Shown here: positions 38,344 to 46,152 of the stretch, one piece after another | Numbering within the stretch: the stretch's first letter is position 1 | Layout of the letters: every line of letters begins with the position of its first letter | Assembly: GCA_031409275.1 (NCBI GenBank) | Contig: JANNXA010000040.1 | Coordinates: 1 to 64,000 of the forward strand | Reading direction: 5' to 3' | Origin: Planctomycetota bacterium | GTDB taxonomy: Bacteria > Planctomycetota > B15-G4 > SIAN01 | DNA length: 64,000 nucleotides | Notes under the pieces: generated by a model | Seen by the model: only the letters and a program-made list of their open reading frames with translations | Database searches by the model: none | What the model was told of the DNA's origin: nothing | Program-made: the position numbers and the translations under genes

Positions 38344-39404
38344 CACTTCGCCCGCCCCGCCGCCGCGCGCGGTCGCATCCGGTAGTGCGCCACGAACCAC
38401 TCCTCGCCGCCGCGGAAGCCAAACAGCTCGGCGCAGGCGAGGAAGAAGAGCTTCCAACGCATCCAGACGCGCGCCGCGCCGCCGTGCGCCTCCGCGCCCG
38501 ACTGCGCCAGCACCTCGAGCAGCGCGAGCTTCTCCTGTTCCATCCGCGCGATCCACGCCTCGGAGCTCATCGCGTAGTGGCGGCCGTTCACGCGCCAGTG
38601 GGCGTCGAGCAGCAGGTCGCGCTGCAGCCGCGGCAGCAGCGAGTCGGAGGGCATCATCCCGCCGGTGAAGAAGTGGCGTGCCATCCAGTCGTCGGAGTCC
38701 TTCGCCTCGAACGGATAGGGCAGCTCGCGATGGCAGAAGACATGGAGGAAGAGGCAACCTTCCGGCGTGAGCCATCCGGAGATCCGGCGCAGCAGCTCCT
38801 CCCAGTTGCGCATGTGCTCGAACATCTCGACCGAGACCACGCGATCGAAGCGCGCGCCCGCGTCGAAGGCGTTCATGTCGGCCGTGACGATGCGCACGTT
38901 GGCGAGGCCGCGCGCAGCGGCCTGGCTCTCGATGAACTGGCGCTGGGACGCCGAGTTCGAGACGCCGGTGATGCGCGCCTTGGGAAAACGCTCCGCCAGG
39001 AACAGCGTGAGCGAGCCCCAGCCGCAGCCGAGTTCGAGGATCTGTTGGCCGTCCTCGATCTGCGCCCGCTGCGCGGTCAACGCGAGCATCGACTCCTCGG
39101 CCTGCGCCAGCGTCGTGACGCCCGCTGGCCACCAGGCGCCGCTGTACTTGAGGCGCGGGCCGAGGACCTTCTGGAAGAAGGCGGCCGGCACCTCGTAGTG
39201 CTGCTCGTTGGCCTTCTCGACACTGATCGCGACGGGACTCGTACGCATCTGCGCGAGCCACTGCTCGAGCTTCTCCTGGCGCAGTTCGAGGTCGCCCGGA
39301 TCTTCCGCGGCGAGACGTCGCTCCAACAGGCGCCGGATGCCGACGCGCAACAAGAAGTCGGGCACGCGCCCCGACTCGGCGAGTTCGATGAGGGAATCGC
39401 TCAC
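38343..39404 (-). CDS. Second Cfa-like SAM-dependent methyltransferase (coclaurine-NMT-like subfamily)
   Basis: ANEQHYEVP, LKYS, LELGCGWGS, VSNSASQ, SVEMFEHMRN, WMARHFFTGG. Confidence 0.9.
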   Translation of the reverse strand: MSDSLIELAESGRVPDFLLRVGIRRLLERRLAAEDPGDLELRQEKLEQWLAQMRTSPVAISVEKANEQHYEVPAAFFQKVLGPRLKYSGAWWPAGVTTLAQAEESMLALTAQRAQIEDGQQILELGCGWGSLTLFLAERFPKARITGVSNSASQRQFIESQAAARGLANVRIVTADMNAFDAGARFDRVVSVEMFEHMRNWEELLRRISGWLTPEGCLFLHVFCHRELPYPFEAKDSDDWMARHFFTGGMMPSDSLLPRLQRDLLLDAHWRVNGRHYAMSSEAWIARMEQEKLALLEVLAQSGAEAHGGAARVWMRWKLFFLACAELFGFRGGEEWFVAHYRMRPRAAAGRAK

Positions 39405-40198
39405 GACGCCTCCGTGCGTGGCGGCCACGGGAAGAAGGCGCTGGTTGTGCGCTGGTAGGCGCGGTAGTCGTCGCCGCGCGAACGCAGCGCTTGCGCCTCG
39501 GTCGGCGGAATGCCCGACACGTAGAGGATCAGCAGGACCATCGCCAGCGCGACCGCGACCGGCGCGGCGATCCAGCTGCTGCCCCAAGCCAGCGGCACGT
39601 AGGCCCACCAGTGCAGCCACTCGAAGAAGTAGTTGGGATGGCGCGACCAGCGCCACAGCCCGACGCGACAGCTCTTGCCACGCTGGCTCGGGTCGGCTCG
39701 AAAGCGCGCGAGTTGGCGGTCGGCGATCGACTCGCCGACCAGCGACGTGCAGAAAAGCAGGAGCGCCGCGACGAGCGCGCCCGTCGACAACGGGGCCGGC
39801 AGCGCTGCCAGGACGAAAGGCGACAGCGTCAGCAGCACGGCCAGCAGCGCCTGCGCCTGGAAGAACCAGAAGAACGCGACCTGCGCGGAGCCACCGAAGC
39901 GTGCCCGCAGATCGCGATAGCGGCCATCCTCGGCCTCGCCGCGCAGCCTCACCACGAGGTGAGCCAGCAACCGCGCGCCCCAGACGGCTGCGATGAGCGC
40001 GAGCACGGCGCGGCGGCGGCCATCGCCGCTGCCGAGCGCCGAATGGAGGAGCGTCAGCGCCGCGACCGCCACCGTCCAACCGGCATCGACGATGCCGGCG
40101 TTGTGACGCCGCCGCTGAATCTCCCACAGCAACGCCATCGCTGCGTGGACCACGACCACGGCGACGAGCAGGCCAAGCTGTTGGGACGTCAGGTTCAC
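39401..40198 (-). CDS. DUF1295 membrane protein (steroid 5-alpha-reductase/ICMT-like)
   Basis: NAGIVD, EDGRY, ADRQL, GLWRWSRHPNYFFEW, YQRTTSAFFPW. Confidence 0.92.
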   Translation of the reverse strand: MNLTSQQLGLLVAVVVVHAAMALLWEIQRRRHNAGIVDAGWTVAVAALTLLHSALGSGDGRRRAVLALIAAVWGARLLAHLVVRLRGEAEDGRYRDLRARFGGSAQVAFFWFFQAQALLAVLLTLSPFVLAALPAPLSTGALVAALLLFCTSLVGESIADRQLARFRADPSQRGKSCRVGLWRWSRHPNYFFEWLHWWAYVPLAWGSSWIAAPVAVALAMVLLILYVSGIPPTEAQALRSRGDDYRAYQRTTSAFFPWPPRTEAS

Positions 40199-40266
40199 GC
40201 GGTAGGCACCTTTTGAACGAGGCGGACATTCGAGCAGCCAAACGCCATGAGGCAACCGCCGGTTGT

Positions 40267-40292
40267 TACGCGTTCCGCGCGTCGATGGATGG
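40267..40292 (-). promoter_or_regulatory. ECF sigma (SigK/RpoE-type) promoter of the lipid-modification operon
   Basis: Minus strand CCATCC-N15-GCGTA, about 70 nt upstream of the DUF1295 start. Confidence 0.65.
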
Positions 40293-40353
40293 GTCCGCAC
40301 GCGTTGGACGATTCAACGAACGTCTGCTGCGCGGCGCCGCCCAACCGCAGAGC

Positions 40354-41175
40354 TCAGCGCGGCGGAGCGCTCGCGGCGAGGAATCGCGCGACCACGGCGC
40401 TGTCGGCGGCCACGTCCCCGAGCCGCAGCGCCTCGTGACCGCCGGCGACCGGATGGAAGAGCAGCGGCGCTGCCGGCGGACTCGACGCGCGCGCCGCCTG
40501 CGCGATCGCGAAGAGCCGCTGGGCATGGTCGATCGGAACGAGTCGATCGTCGCGGCCGTGGAGCAGCAGCCACGGCAGCTTCAACTCCGCAGCCTTGGCC
40601 GCATTGTCGTAGTGGATGCGCGCGAGCAGGCGCACCGGCAACCATGGGAAGCGCTGCGCACCGACGTCCGGAATCGAGGTGAAGGTCGACTCCGTGATCA
40701 GTGCGGCGAGTGGCCGGCGCCGCGCCAGCTCGACGGCAACGCCACCGCCGAGCGACTCGCCCCACGCGACGATTCGCTCGGGCGCGACACCTTCGCTGCG
40801 CACCCAGTCGTACGCCGCCTCCGCATCCAGGTAGGTCCCCTCCTCCGTCGGATGGCCCTCGCTCTTGCCATAGCCGCGGTAGTCAAAAAGCAGCGTCGAC
40901 CAGCCCATCGATCGAAGCGCGCGCGCGACGGCGATGCGCCCGCTGATCGACCCGGCATTGCCATGGCAATGGACGATCGCTCCGTGCGACGGTGACGCTT
41001 CGATCCACCAGGCGTTGAGCGCGACTCCGTCGGCGGTCCGCAAGGTGAGGTCGCGCAACGGCGGCCGCAGCGGGGGCAGGTGAGTCGGCGGCGGACCGGG
41101 GTACCAGACGAGCTTCTGCTGGAAGAGCGCCATCGAGACGACCGCAAGCAGCCAGGTCAGAAGGAGCGTGCGCAT
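40354..41175 (-). CDS. Alpha/beta hydrolase (ABHD17/Bem46-like)
   Basis: CHGNAG, DYRGYGKSEG, GESLGG, HGRDD, GGH. Confidence 0.9.
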   Translation of the reverse strand: MRTLLLTWLLAVVSMALFQQKLVWYPGPPPTHLPPLRPPLRDLTLRTADGVALNAWWIEASPSHGAIVHCHGNAGSISGRIAVARALRSMGWSTLLFDYRGYGKSEGHPTEEGTYLDAEAAYDWVRSEGVAPERIVAWGESLGGGVAVELARRRPLAALITESTFTSIPDVGAQRFPWLPVRLLARIHYDNAAKAAELKLPWLLLHGRDDRLVPIDHAQRLFAIAQAARASSPPAAPLLFHPVAGGHEALRLGDVAADSAVVARFLAASAPPR

Positions 41176-41251
41176 GGTGGTCACCAGCAGCGGCGGAAGG
41201 CGTCTCTTGCTTCGAGCGACTGAACTCAACGTCGGCATGGAGCGCATCGCC

Positions 41252-41704
41252 ATGGCATGGAGACTCTCTTCGATCCGAAGCGTCCTGGCGGGTCTGCTGA
41301 TGGCGTCGATCGCCAGCGCCGCGGCGCCATGGCATCGGACGGCAACGAGCGCGAACGGTGAGGCGAGAGTCGTCTCCGCCGAGGAGCGGCGCACGTTCTA
41401 TCGAACCGCGGCGAAGGAGCTGCTCGGGCGAACCGTCCACCTCCACGTGGAGGCCGAGGTGTTACGCAAGACGCCGCACGAGTTCACCGATCGCTCGGGC
41501 GCGCGCTGGGTCCGCTTCGAGAATCGCGGCGTTCCCCTCACCATCCCGGCGCGCGCTGCCTGCTGGCTCCAGGTGCGCCGCCACCTCGATGGCGCCAAGG
41601 AGTTCTGCCTCCACGGCCGCGTGCGGATGGTCCCAGACGACGAGCGGCAGCGCGCAGGCGTGGAAGTCAGCCGCATCGCCCGCGCTCCCGGCTCGTGGCG
41701 GTGA
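41252..41704 (+). CDS. Exported hypothetical protein (150 aa)
   Basis: Signal-peptide-like N-terminus (ASAAA), GGAG upstream, beta-rich body. Confidence 0.55.
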   Translation: MAWRLSSIRSVLAGLLMASIASAAAPWHRTATSANGEARVVSAEERRTFYRTAAKELLGRTVHLHVEAEVLRKTPHEFTDRSGARWVRFENRGVPLTIPARAACWLQVRRHLDGAKEFCLHGRVRMVPDDERQRAGVEVSRIARAPGSWR

Positions 41705-41768
41705 GGGGCGCGTCGGCGCGCTTTCGCCGCGATCGAACGCGGCACGCTTTATGATCCCCCGCCATCCC

Positions 41769-42818
41769 ATGCCTTTGTCGGCGACACTCGCGCTTCCCAC
41801 CGTTTCCGCAGCCCCTCCTCGGAGCAGAACGCTCCTGGCGAGGCTCGAGCGCCGCGTCATCGCCACGCTCCATCGCTTCGTCGCCCGCCACTACCTGAAG
41901 AAGCCCGAGCTCGCCGAACTGCTCGAGATCAAGCTGCCCGACATGGCGTCGGTGGGATGGGCCGCGCTGAACGAAGTCGCCTACCGGTTGCGACTCGAGC
42001 GGACCGCGCGGGTCCTCTCGCTCAACGTCGAGACCACCAACTTCTGCAACCTGCGCTGCACCATCTGCCCGGTGAACCGCGGGATGGCGCGCGCCAAGCG
42101 CTGGCTCGACCCCGCGACGTTCGAACGGCTGATCGACCGCTCGCCGACCGTCCGATTCGTGCTGCCGTTCCAGTGGGGCGAGCCGCTGCTCCATCCCGAG
42201 ATCGACCGCATGGTGGCCTACGCGCGCCACCGCGGCGTGCGCTCGATGCTGACCACCAACGGCACGCTGCTCGACGAATCGATGGCCCACCGCCTCTTCG
42301 CGAGCGGGCTGTCGCGGCTCACCATCTCGATCGACGGCGACGACGCCACCCACGAACGGATCCGCGGCGTGAAGCTCGCCGAGATCCGGGAGCGGGTCGT
42401 CGCGATGCGCAAGCTGCGCGACGCGCGCGGCGCCGAGCTGCGCCTCGACGTGTCGATGGTGCTCGACGACGTGACGAAACCGGCGCTCGACCACTACCGC
42501 GCGCAATGGCAGGGCGTCGCCGATCGCATCCAGGTGATCCCGCGGCTCGCGTCGGGCGCGCGCACGACCGCGTGCCGCGAAGCGTGGCGCGGCAGTCTCG
42601 TCGTGTTGGTCGATGGCACGGTCACCGCCTGCTGCGCCGACAGCGAAGGGAAGCTCGCGCTGGGCAACGGCCACGAAGAGTCGCCGGCGCAGATCCTCAA
42701 CAACGGGGCGTTTCGAGCGTTGCGCCGGGCCCATCGCGCCTGCGACTTCAAGGCGCCGTGCGCCGGCTGCAGCGAGTTCGATGGCCGTGACGTCGGCGTG
42801 AACGCGAGGTTCCAGTGA
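41769..42818 (+). CDS. Radical SAM protein with SPASM/twitch domain (1 of 3)
   Basis: CNLRCTIC, WGEPLLHP, TTNG, SIDG; C-terminal CREAW...DGTVTACC.D...GN...CAGC. Confidence 0.9.
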   Translation: MPLSATLALPTVSAAPPRSRTLLARLERRVIATLHRFVARHYLKKPELAELLEIKLPDMASVGWAALNEVAYRLRLERTARVLSLNVETTNFCNLRCTICPVNRGMARAKRWLDPATFERLIDRSPTVRFVLPFQWGEPLLHPEIDRMVAYARHRGVRSMLTTNGTLLDESMAHRLFASGLSRLTISIDGDDATHERIRGVKLAEIRERVVAMRKLRDARGAELRLDVSMVLDDVTKPALDHYRAQWQGVADRIQVIPRLASGARTTACREAWRGSLVVLVDGTVTACCADSEGKLALGNGHEESPAQILNNGAFRALRRAHRACDFKAPCAGCSEFDGRDVGVNARFQ

Positions 42819-44044
42819 GGCGCGCCACCGCTGCGATCGCGCGCGCGACCTCCCCCGCCGCGCTCGAATGGAAGAAGCGCGCGGACGCGTGGCTCGGCAT
42901 CCCGGCGACGTGGCTGCTGCGTGCGGCGCGGGCGCTGACCGGCCGCGCGGATGCCGGCGTGCCCCCCGCTTCGGTGCGCCACGTCGTCGTCGCCAAGTTG
43001 TGGGGCATCGGCAACCTCGCCATGGTGCTGCCGCTCGTCGCCGCGGTGCGGCGGCAATACCCGGCCGCGCGCCTCTCGTTCCTGACACTCGAACGCAATC
43101 GGACGCTGCTTGCCGGCCAGCCCTCGCTCGATGCGCTGGTGACCGTGCGCGACCACGGCTGGTGGACGCCGCTCGTCGATCTGATGCGGGCCGCGCGAAG
43201 GCTTCGGCGCGAGCGCGTCGATCTCTTCATCGATTGCGAGCAGTTCGTGCGGGCGGCCGGCCTCGTCGCCCGCCTCGCCGGTGCGCGCTTCAGCGTCGGC
43301 TTCGACACGCCGGGCCAACAGCGCGCCGCGCTCTACGACCTGACCGTCCCCTGCGCCGGCGATCGCCACATGGCGCTGGGTTTTGCCGACCTGTTCCGCG
43401 CCGCCGGCATCGCGACCGAAGGGGTCGCGTCGCACGAAGTCGAGATCGAGCCGGCGGCGGCGCAAAGCGTGGCCGTCCGCTTCGACTCCAACTTGCCGCG
43501 ACCGTGGGTCGTCCTCCATCCCGGCAGCGGTGACAATTTTCCAGGGCGCCGCTGGCCACAGGAGCGCTTCGCGGCGCTCGGTGCGCGTGTCACCGAGGCG
43601 TTCGGTGGCACCCTCTTCGTCAGCGGCGCCGGACTCGAGCTGCCGCTGGTCGACGAGGTCGTCCGGTCGCTCGCCGGCCACGGTGTGACGGCCCGTTCGC
43701 TCGCCGGGACGCTCACGCTGCCCGAACTGGTCGCCTTCCTCTCGCGCGCCGACCTGGTGATCTCGAACGACACCGGGCCGGTTCACCTCGCGGCCGCGGT
43801 ACGCACGCCGGTCGTCGCCTTCTACGGCCCCAACTCGCCGCGCCTCTACGGGCCGCTCGGCGATGGCCATCAGGCGCTCTACCGGCCGCTGCCCTGCAGC
43901 CCCTGCCTGACCAACCAGAATGGCAAGTCGAGCCGCTGCCAGTTGCCTTTGTGCATTCGGCGAATCGCCGTCGACGAGGCGTGGTTGGCCGTCCACGCGC
44001 AGCTCGCACCGCACTTCGCGACTCGCGATGCGGCGCTCCTTTGA
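42815..44044 (+). CDS. Glycosyltransferase family 9 (heptosyltransferase-like)
   Basis: WGIGN, LHPGSG, RRWP, SNDTGPVHLAAA, YGP; Cys-rich tail CSPC..C..C. Confidence 0.9.
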   Translation: MRRATAAIARATSPAALEWKKRADAWLGIPATWLLRAARALTGRADAGVPPASVRHVVVAKLWGIGNLAMVLPLVAAVRRQYPAARLSFLTLERNRTLLAGQPSLDALVTVRDHGWWTPLVDLMRAARRLRRERVDLFIDCEQFVRAAGLVARLAGARFSVGFDTPGQQRAALYDLTVPCAGDRHMALGFADLFRAAGIATEGVASHEVEIEPAAAQSVAVRFDSNLPRPWVVLHPGSGDNFPGRRWPQERFAALGARVTEAFGGTLFVSGAGLELPLVDEVVRSLAGHGVTARSLAGTLTLPELVAFLSRADLVISNDTGPVHLAAAVRTPVVAFYGPNSPRLYGPLGDGHQALYRPLPCSPCLTNQNGKSSRCQLPLCIRRIAVDEAWLAVHAQLAPHFATRDAALL

Positions 44045-44057
44045 ACCGCAGCGCGCA

Positions 44058-45098
44058 ATGACCCGCTGGCTTGCACGCGCCCGCCTCGCCGCGGCGCTCT
44101 GGCGCACCCCCTCGCGCGGCCAGCCGCCCAAGGTGACCGCGATCCTCACGGAGCGCTGCCACCTCCGCTGCGGTTTCTGCCGACTTTGGGAGGCACCGCA
44201 GTCGGGCGCGGCGACGTCCGAGTGGATCGCGTTCTTCCGCGCCAACCCGTTCCTGCGTTGGGTGAACCTCTCGGGCGGCGAGCTCTTCGCGAAAGAGAAG
44301 CTGCCGGACCTGCTGCTTTGCATCGTCGACGCGCTGCCGCGACTCGAACTGCTCGACTTCCCGACCGCCGGACAGCGTCCGGCCGAAGTGGAGGCCGCGG
44401 TCGACCTGCTGCTCGCGACCCGACTGCCGTTGCTGGCCGTGACGGTGAGCCTCGATGGTGGCCCGGCGCTGCACGACGAACTGCGCGGCGTCGACGGAGC
44501 GTTCGAGCGCGCCTTCGACTGTTTCGCGCGCCTGCGCCAGCGCCGCGGCCCGCGCTGCGTCGTGGTCGCCGGCTGCACGCTGACGGAGCGTGCGGAGTTG
44601 CAGGCCGAGTCGCTCGCCGCCGAACTCGCGCGACGCCTTCCCGACTTTGATGCCCGCGAGATCCACTTCAACCTCGCCCACCACTCCTCGCATTACTACC
44701 GCAACGCCGCCTTCACCGAACTGCCAGGCGCCGGAGCACTCGCCGTCATGGCCCGCTGGCCCAAGCCGCGCGGGCCGCTGGGTTTCCTCGAGCGCGCCTA
44801 TGCGCGACTCGCGCCGCGCGCGCTCGCCGAGGGGTTTCCGCCGATCGGCTGTGAGGCGCTGCGGCGCACGGTGTTCGTCGGGCCCGACCTCGACGTGCAC
44901 CCCTGCACGATCTGGGAGCAGCCGCTCGGCAACCTGCGCGCGTTCGACCTTTCGCTCGAAGCGCTGCTGACGCAGGCGCCGACGACCGCGGCGCGCGCGA
45001 CGATCGAACGGCGCGGCTGTCCGGGTTGCTTCAGCCCGTGCGAAGCGCTGCCGGCGATGGCGGCGCGCCCGCTCGCCACCGCGCTGCTGCGACGTTGA
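44058..45098 (+). CDS. Radical SAM protein with SPASM-like domain (2 of 3)
   Basis: CHLRCGFC, SGGE, SLDG...HDELRG; C-terminal CEA...VHPC...GN...CPGCFSPCE. Alternative start at 44028. Confidence 0.88.
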   Translation: MTRWLARARLAAALWRTPSRGQPPKVTAILTERCHLRCGFCRLWEAPQSGAATSEWIAFFRANPFLRWVNLSGGELFAKEKLPDLLLCIVDALPRLELLDFPTAGQRPAEVEAAVDLLLATRLPLLAVTVSLDGGPALHDELRGVDGAFERAFDCFARLRQRRGPRCVVVAGCTLTERAELQAESLAAELARRLPDFDAREIHFNLAHHSSHYYRNAAFTELPGAGALAVMARWPKPRGPLGFLERAYARLAPRALAEGFPPIGCEALRRTVFVGPDLDVHPCTIWEQPLGNLRAFDLSLEALLTQAPTTAARATIERRGCPGCFSPCEALPAMAARPLATALLRR

Positions 45099-45105
45099 CC
45101 CCGCG

Positions 45106-46152
45106 ATGATCGGCACGCGACGCAGGCGTTCGCATCGGGCCGTGTTGACGACGGCGCTGCGGAGCGGCAACTGGCGCTGGCTGGCGCGCGCAACGTGGCG
45201 CGTGGTCGAGCAGAAGCTGCGGAACGGCGACGCGCGGCCGCTCTTCGCGACGCTCGCGGTCACCTACCGCTGCAACTACCGCTGCTCGTTCTGCGACCTG
45301 CCCGATCGCGCACGGGGCGATCCGCCCGGCTCGGTGCTGATCGAACGGCTTGCGAAGATCGCCGCGAGCGGCGCGCTGGCGGTCGGCCTCACCGGCGGCG
45401 AACCGCTGCTCCATCCGGAGCTCTTCACCGTCATCGCGGCGGCGCGGCGGCTGGGGCTGCTGGTCCACCTGAACAGCAACGGCTCGCGACTCACCGAAGC
45501 GGCGGTCGCGCCGCTGCTTCAGAGCGGGCTGCACTCGCTCAACTTGAGCCTCGACGGAGCGGCGCCAGCGACGCATGACGCGTTGCGTGGCGTGCCCGGT
45601 TCCTTTGCGCAGATCGAGCGCAGCGTGCGAGCCCTGCTGGCGGCGCGACGGCGAGGTGCGCCGCGTCTGGGACTGGTGATGGCGGTCGGCCCGAGCAACA
45701 CCGGCGAGGTGCTGGGCTTCCTGCGCGTCGCGCGCGAATGGGGCGTCGACAGTGCCGGTTTCCTGCCCCATCACGAATTCGTCGCGGAGCGCGCCCCGCT
45801 GCCGGCAGCGACCGCCGCCGCCCTCGCGCGCGACCTCGCGACCGCCATCGAACAGGAGCCGCGCCTCGACAACTCGCCGGCCTACGTCGGCGCGATCGCG
45901 CCATTCCTCGGCGGCGATGCGATGCCCATCGAGTGCAGCGCGCCGCGCAGCCATCTGGCGATCGACCCGGAAGGGCTGCGCTACGCTTGCGTGCCGTTGA
46001 TGACGTTGCGCCGCGGTGGCGTGCCGCTCGACGCGCCGACGCCGATGGCCCCGCTCCCTGCCGCCTTGCGCGAGGAGGTCTGCCGGAAATGCTGGTGGAA
46101 CTGCCACCGCGAGCTCGACCTCTCGCTCCATCGCCTCGTCGCGCCGCGCTGA
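45106..46152 (+). CDS. Radical SAM protein with SPASM-like domain (3 of 3)
   Basis: CNYRCSFC, TGGEPLL, SNG, SLDG...HDALRG; C-terminal CSAP...YAC...CRKCWWNC. Confidence 0.9.
   Translation: MIGTRRRRSHRAVLTTALRSGNWRWLARATWRVVEQKLRNGDARPLFATLAVTYRCNYRCSFCDLPDRARGDPPGSVLIERLAKIAASGALAVGLTGGEPLLHPELFTVIAAARRLGLLVHLNSNGSRLTEAAVAPLLQSGLHSLNLSLDGAAPATHDALRGVPGSFAQIERSVRALLAARRRGAPRLGLVMAVGPSNTGEVLGFLRVAREWGVDSAGFLPHHEFVAERAPLPAATAAALARDLATAIEQEPRLDNSPAYVGAIAPFLGGDAMPIECSAPRSHLAIDPEGLRYACVPLMTLRRGGVPLDAPTPMAPLPAALREEVCRKCWWNCHRELDLSLHRLVAPR

Noticed and set aside
41252..41704. Possible RiPP precursor for the three radical SAM enzymes
   Set aside because: 150 aa with a Sec-like signal and globular body; no leader/core pattern and no visible RRE/PqqD domain.
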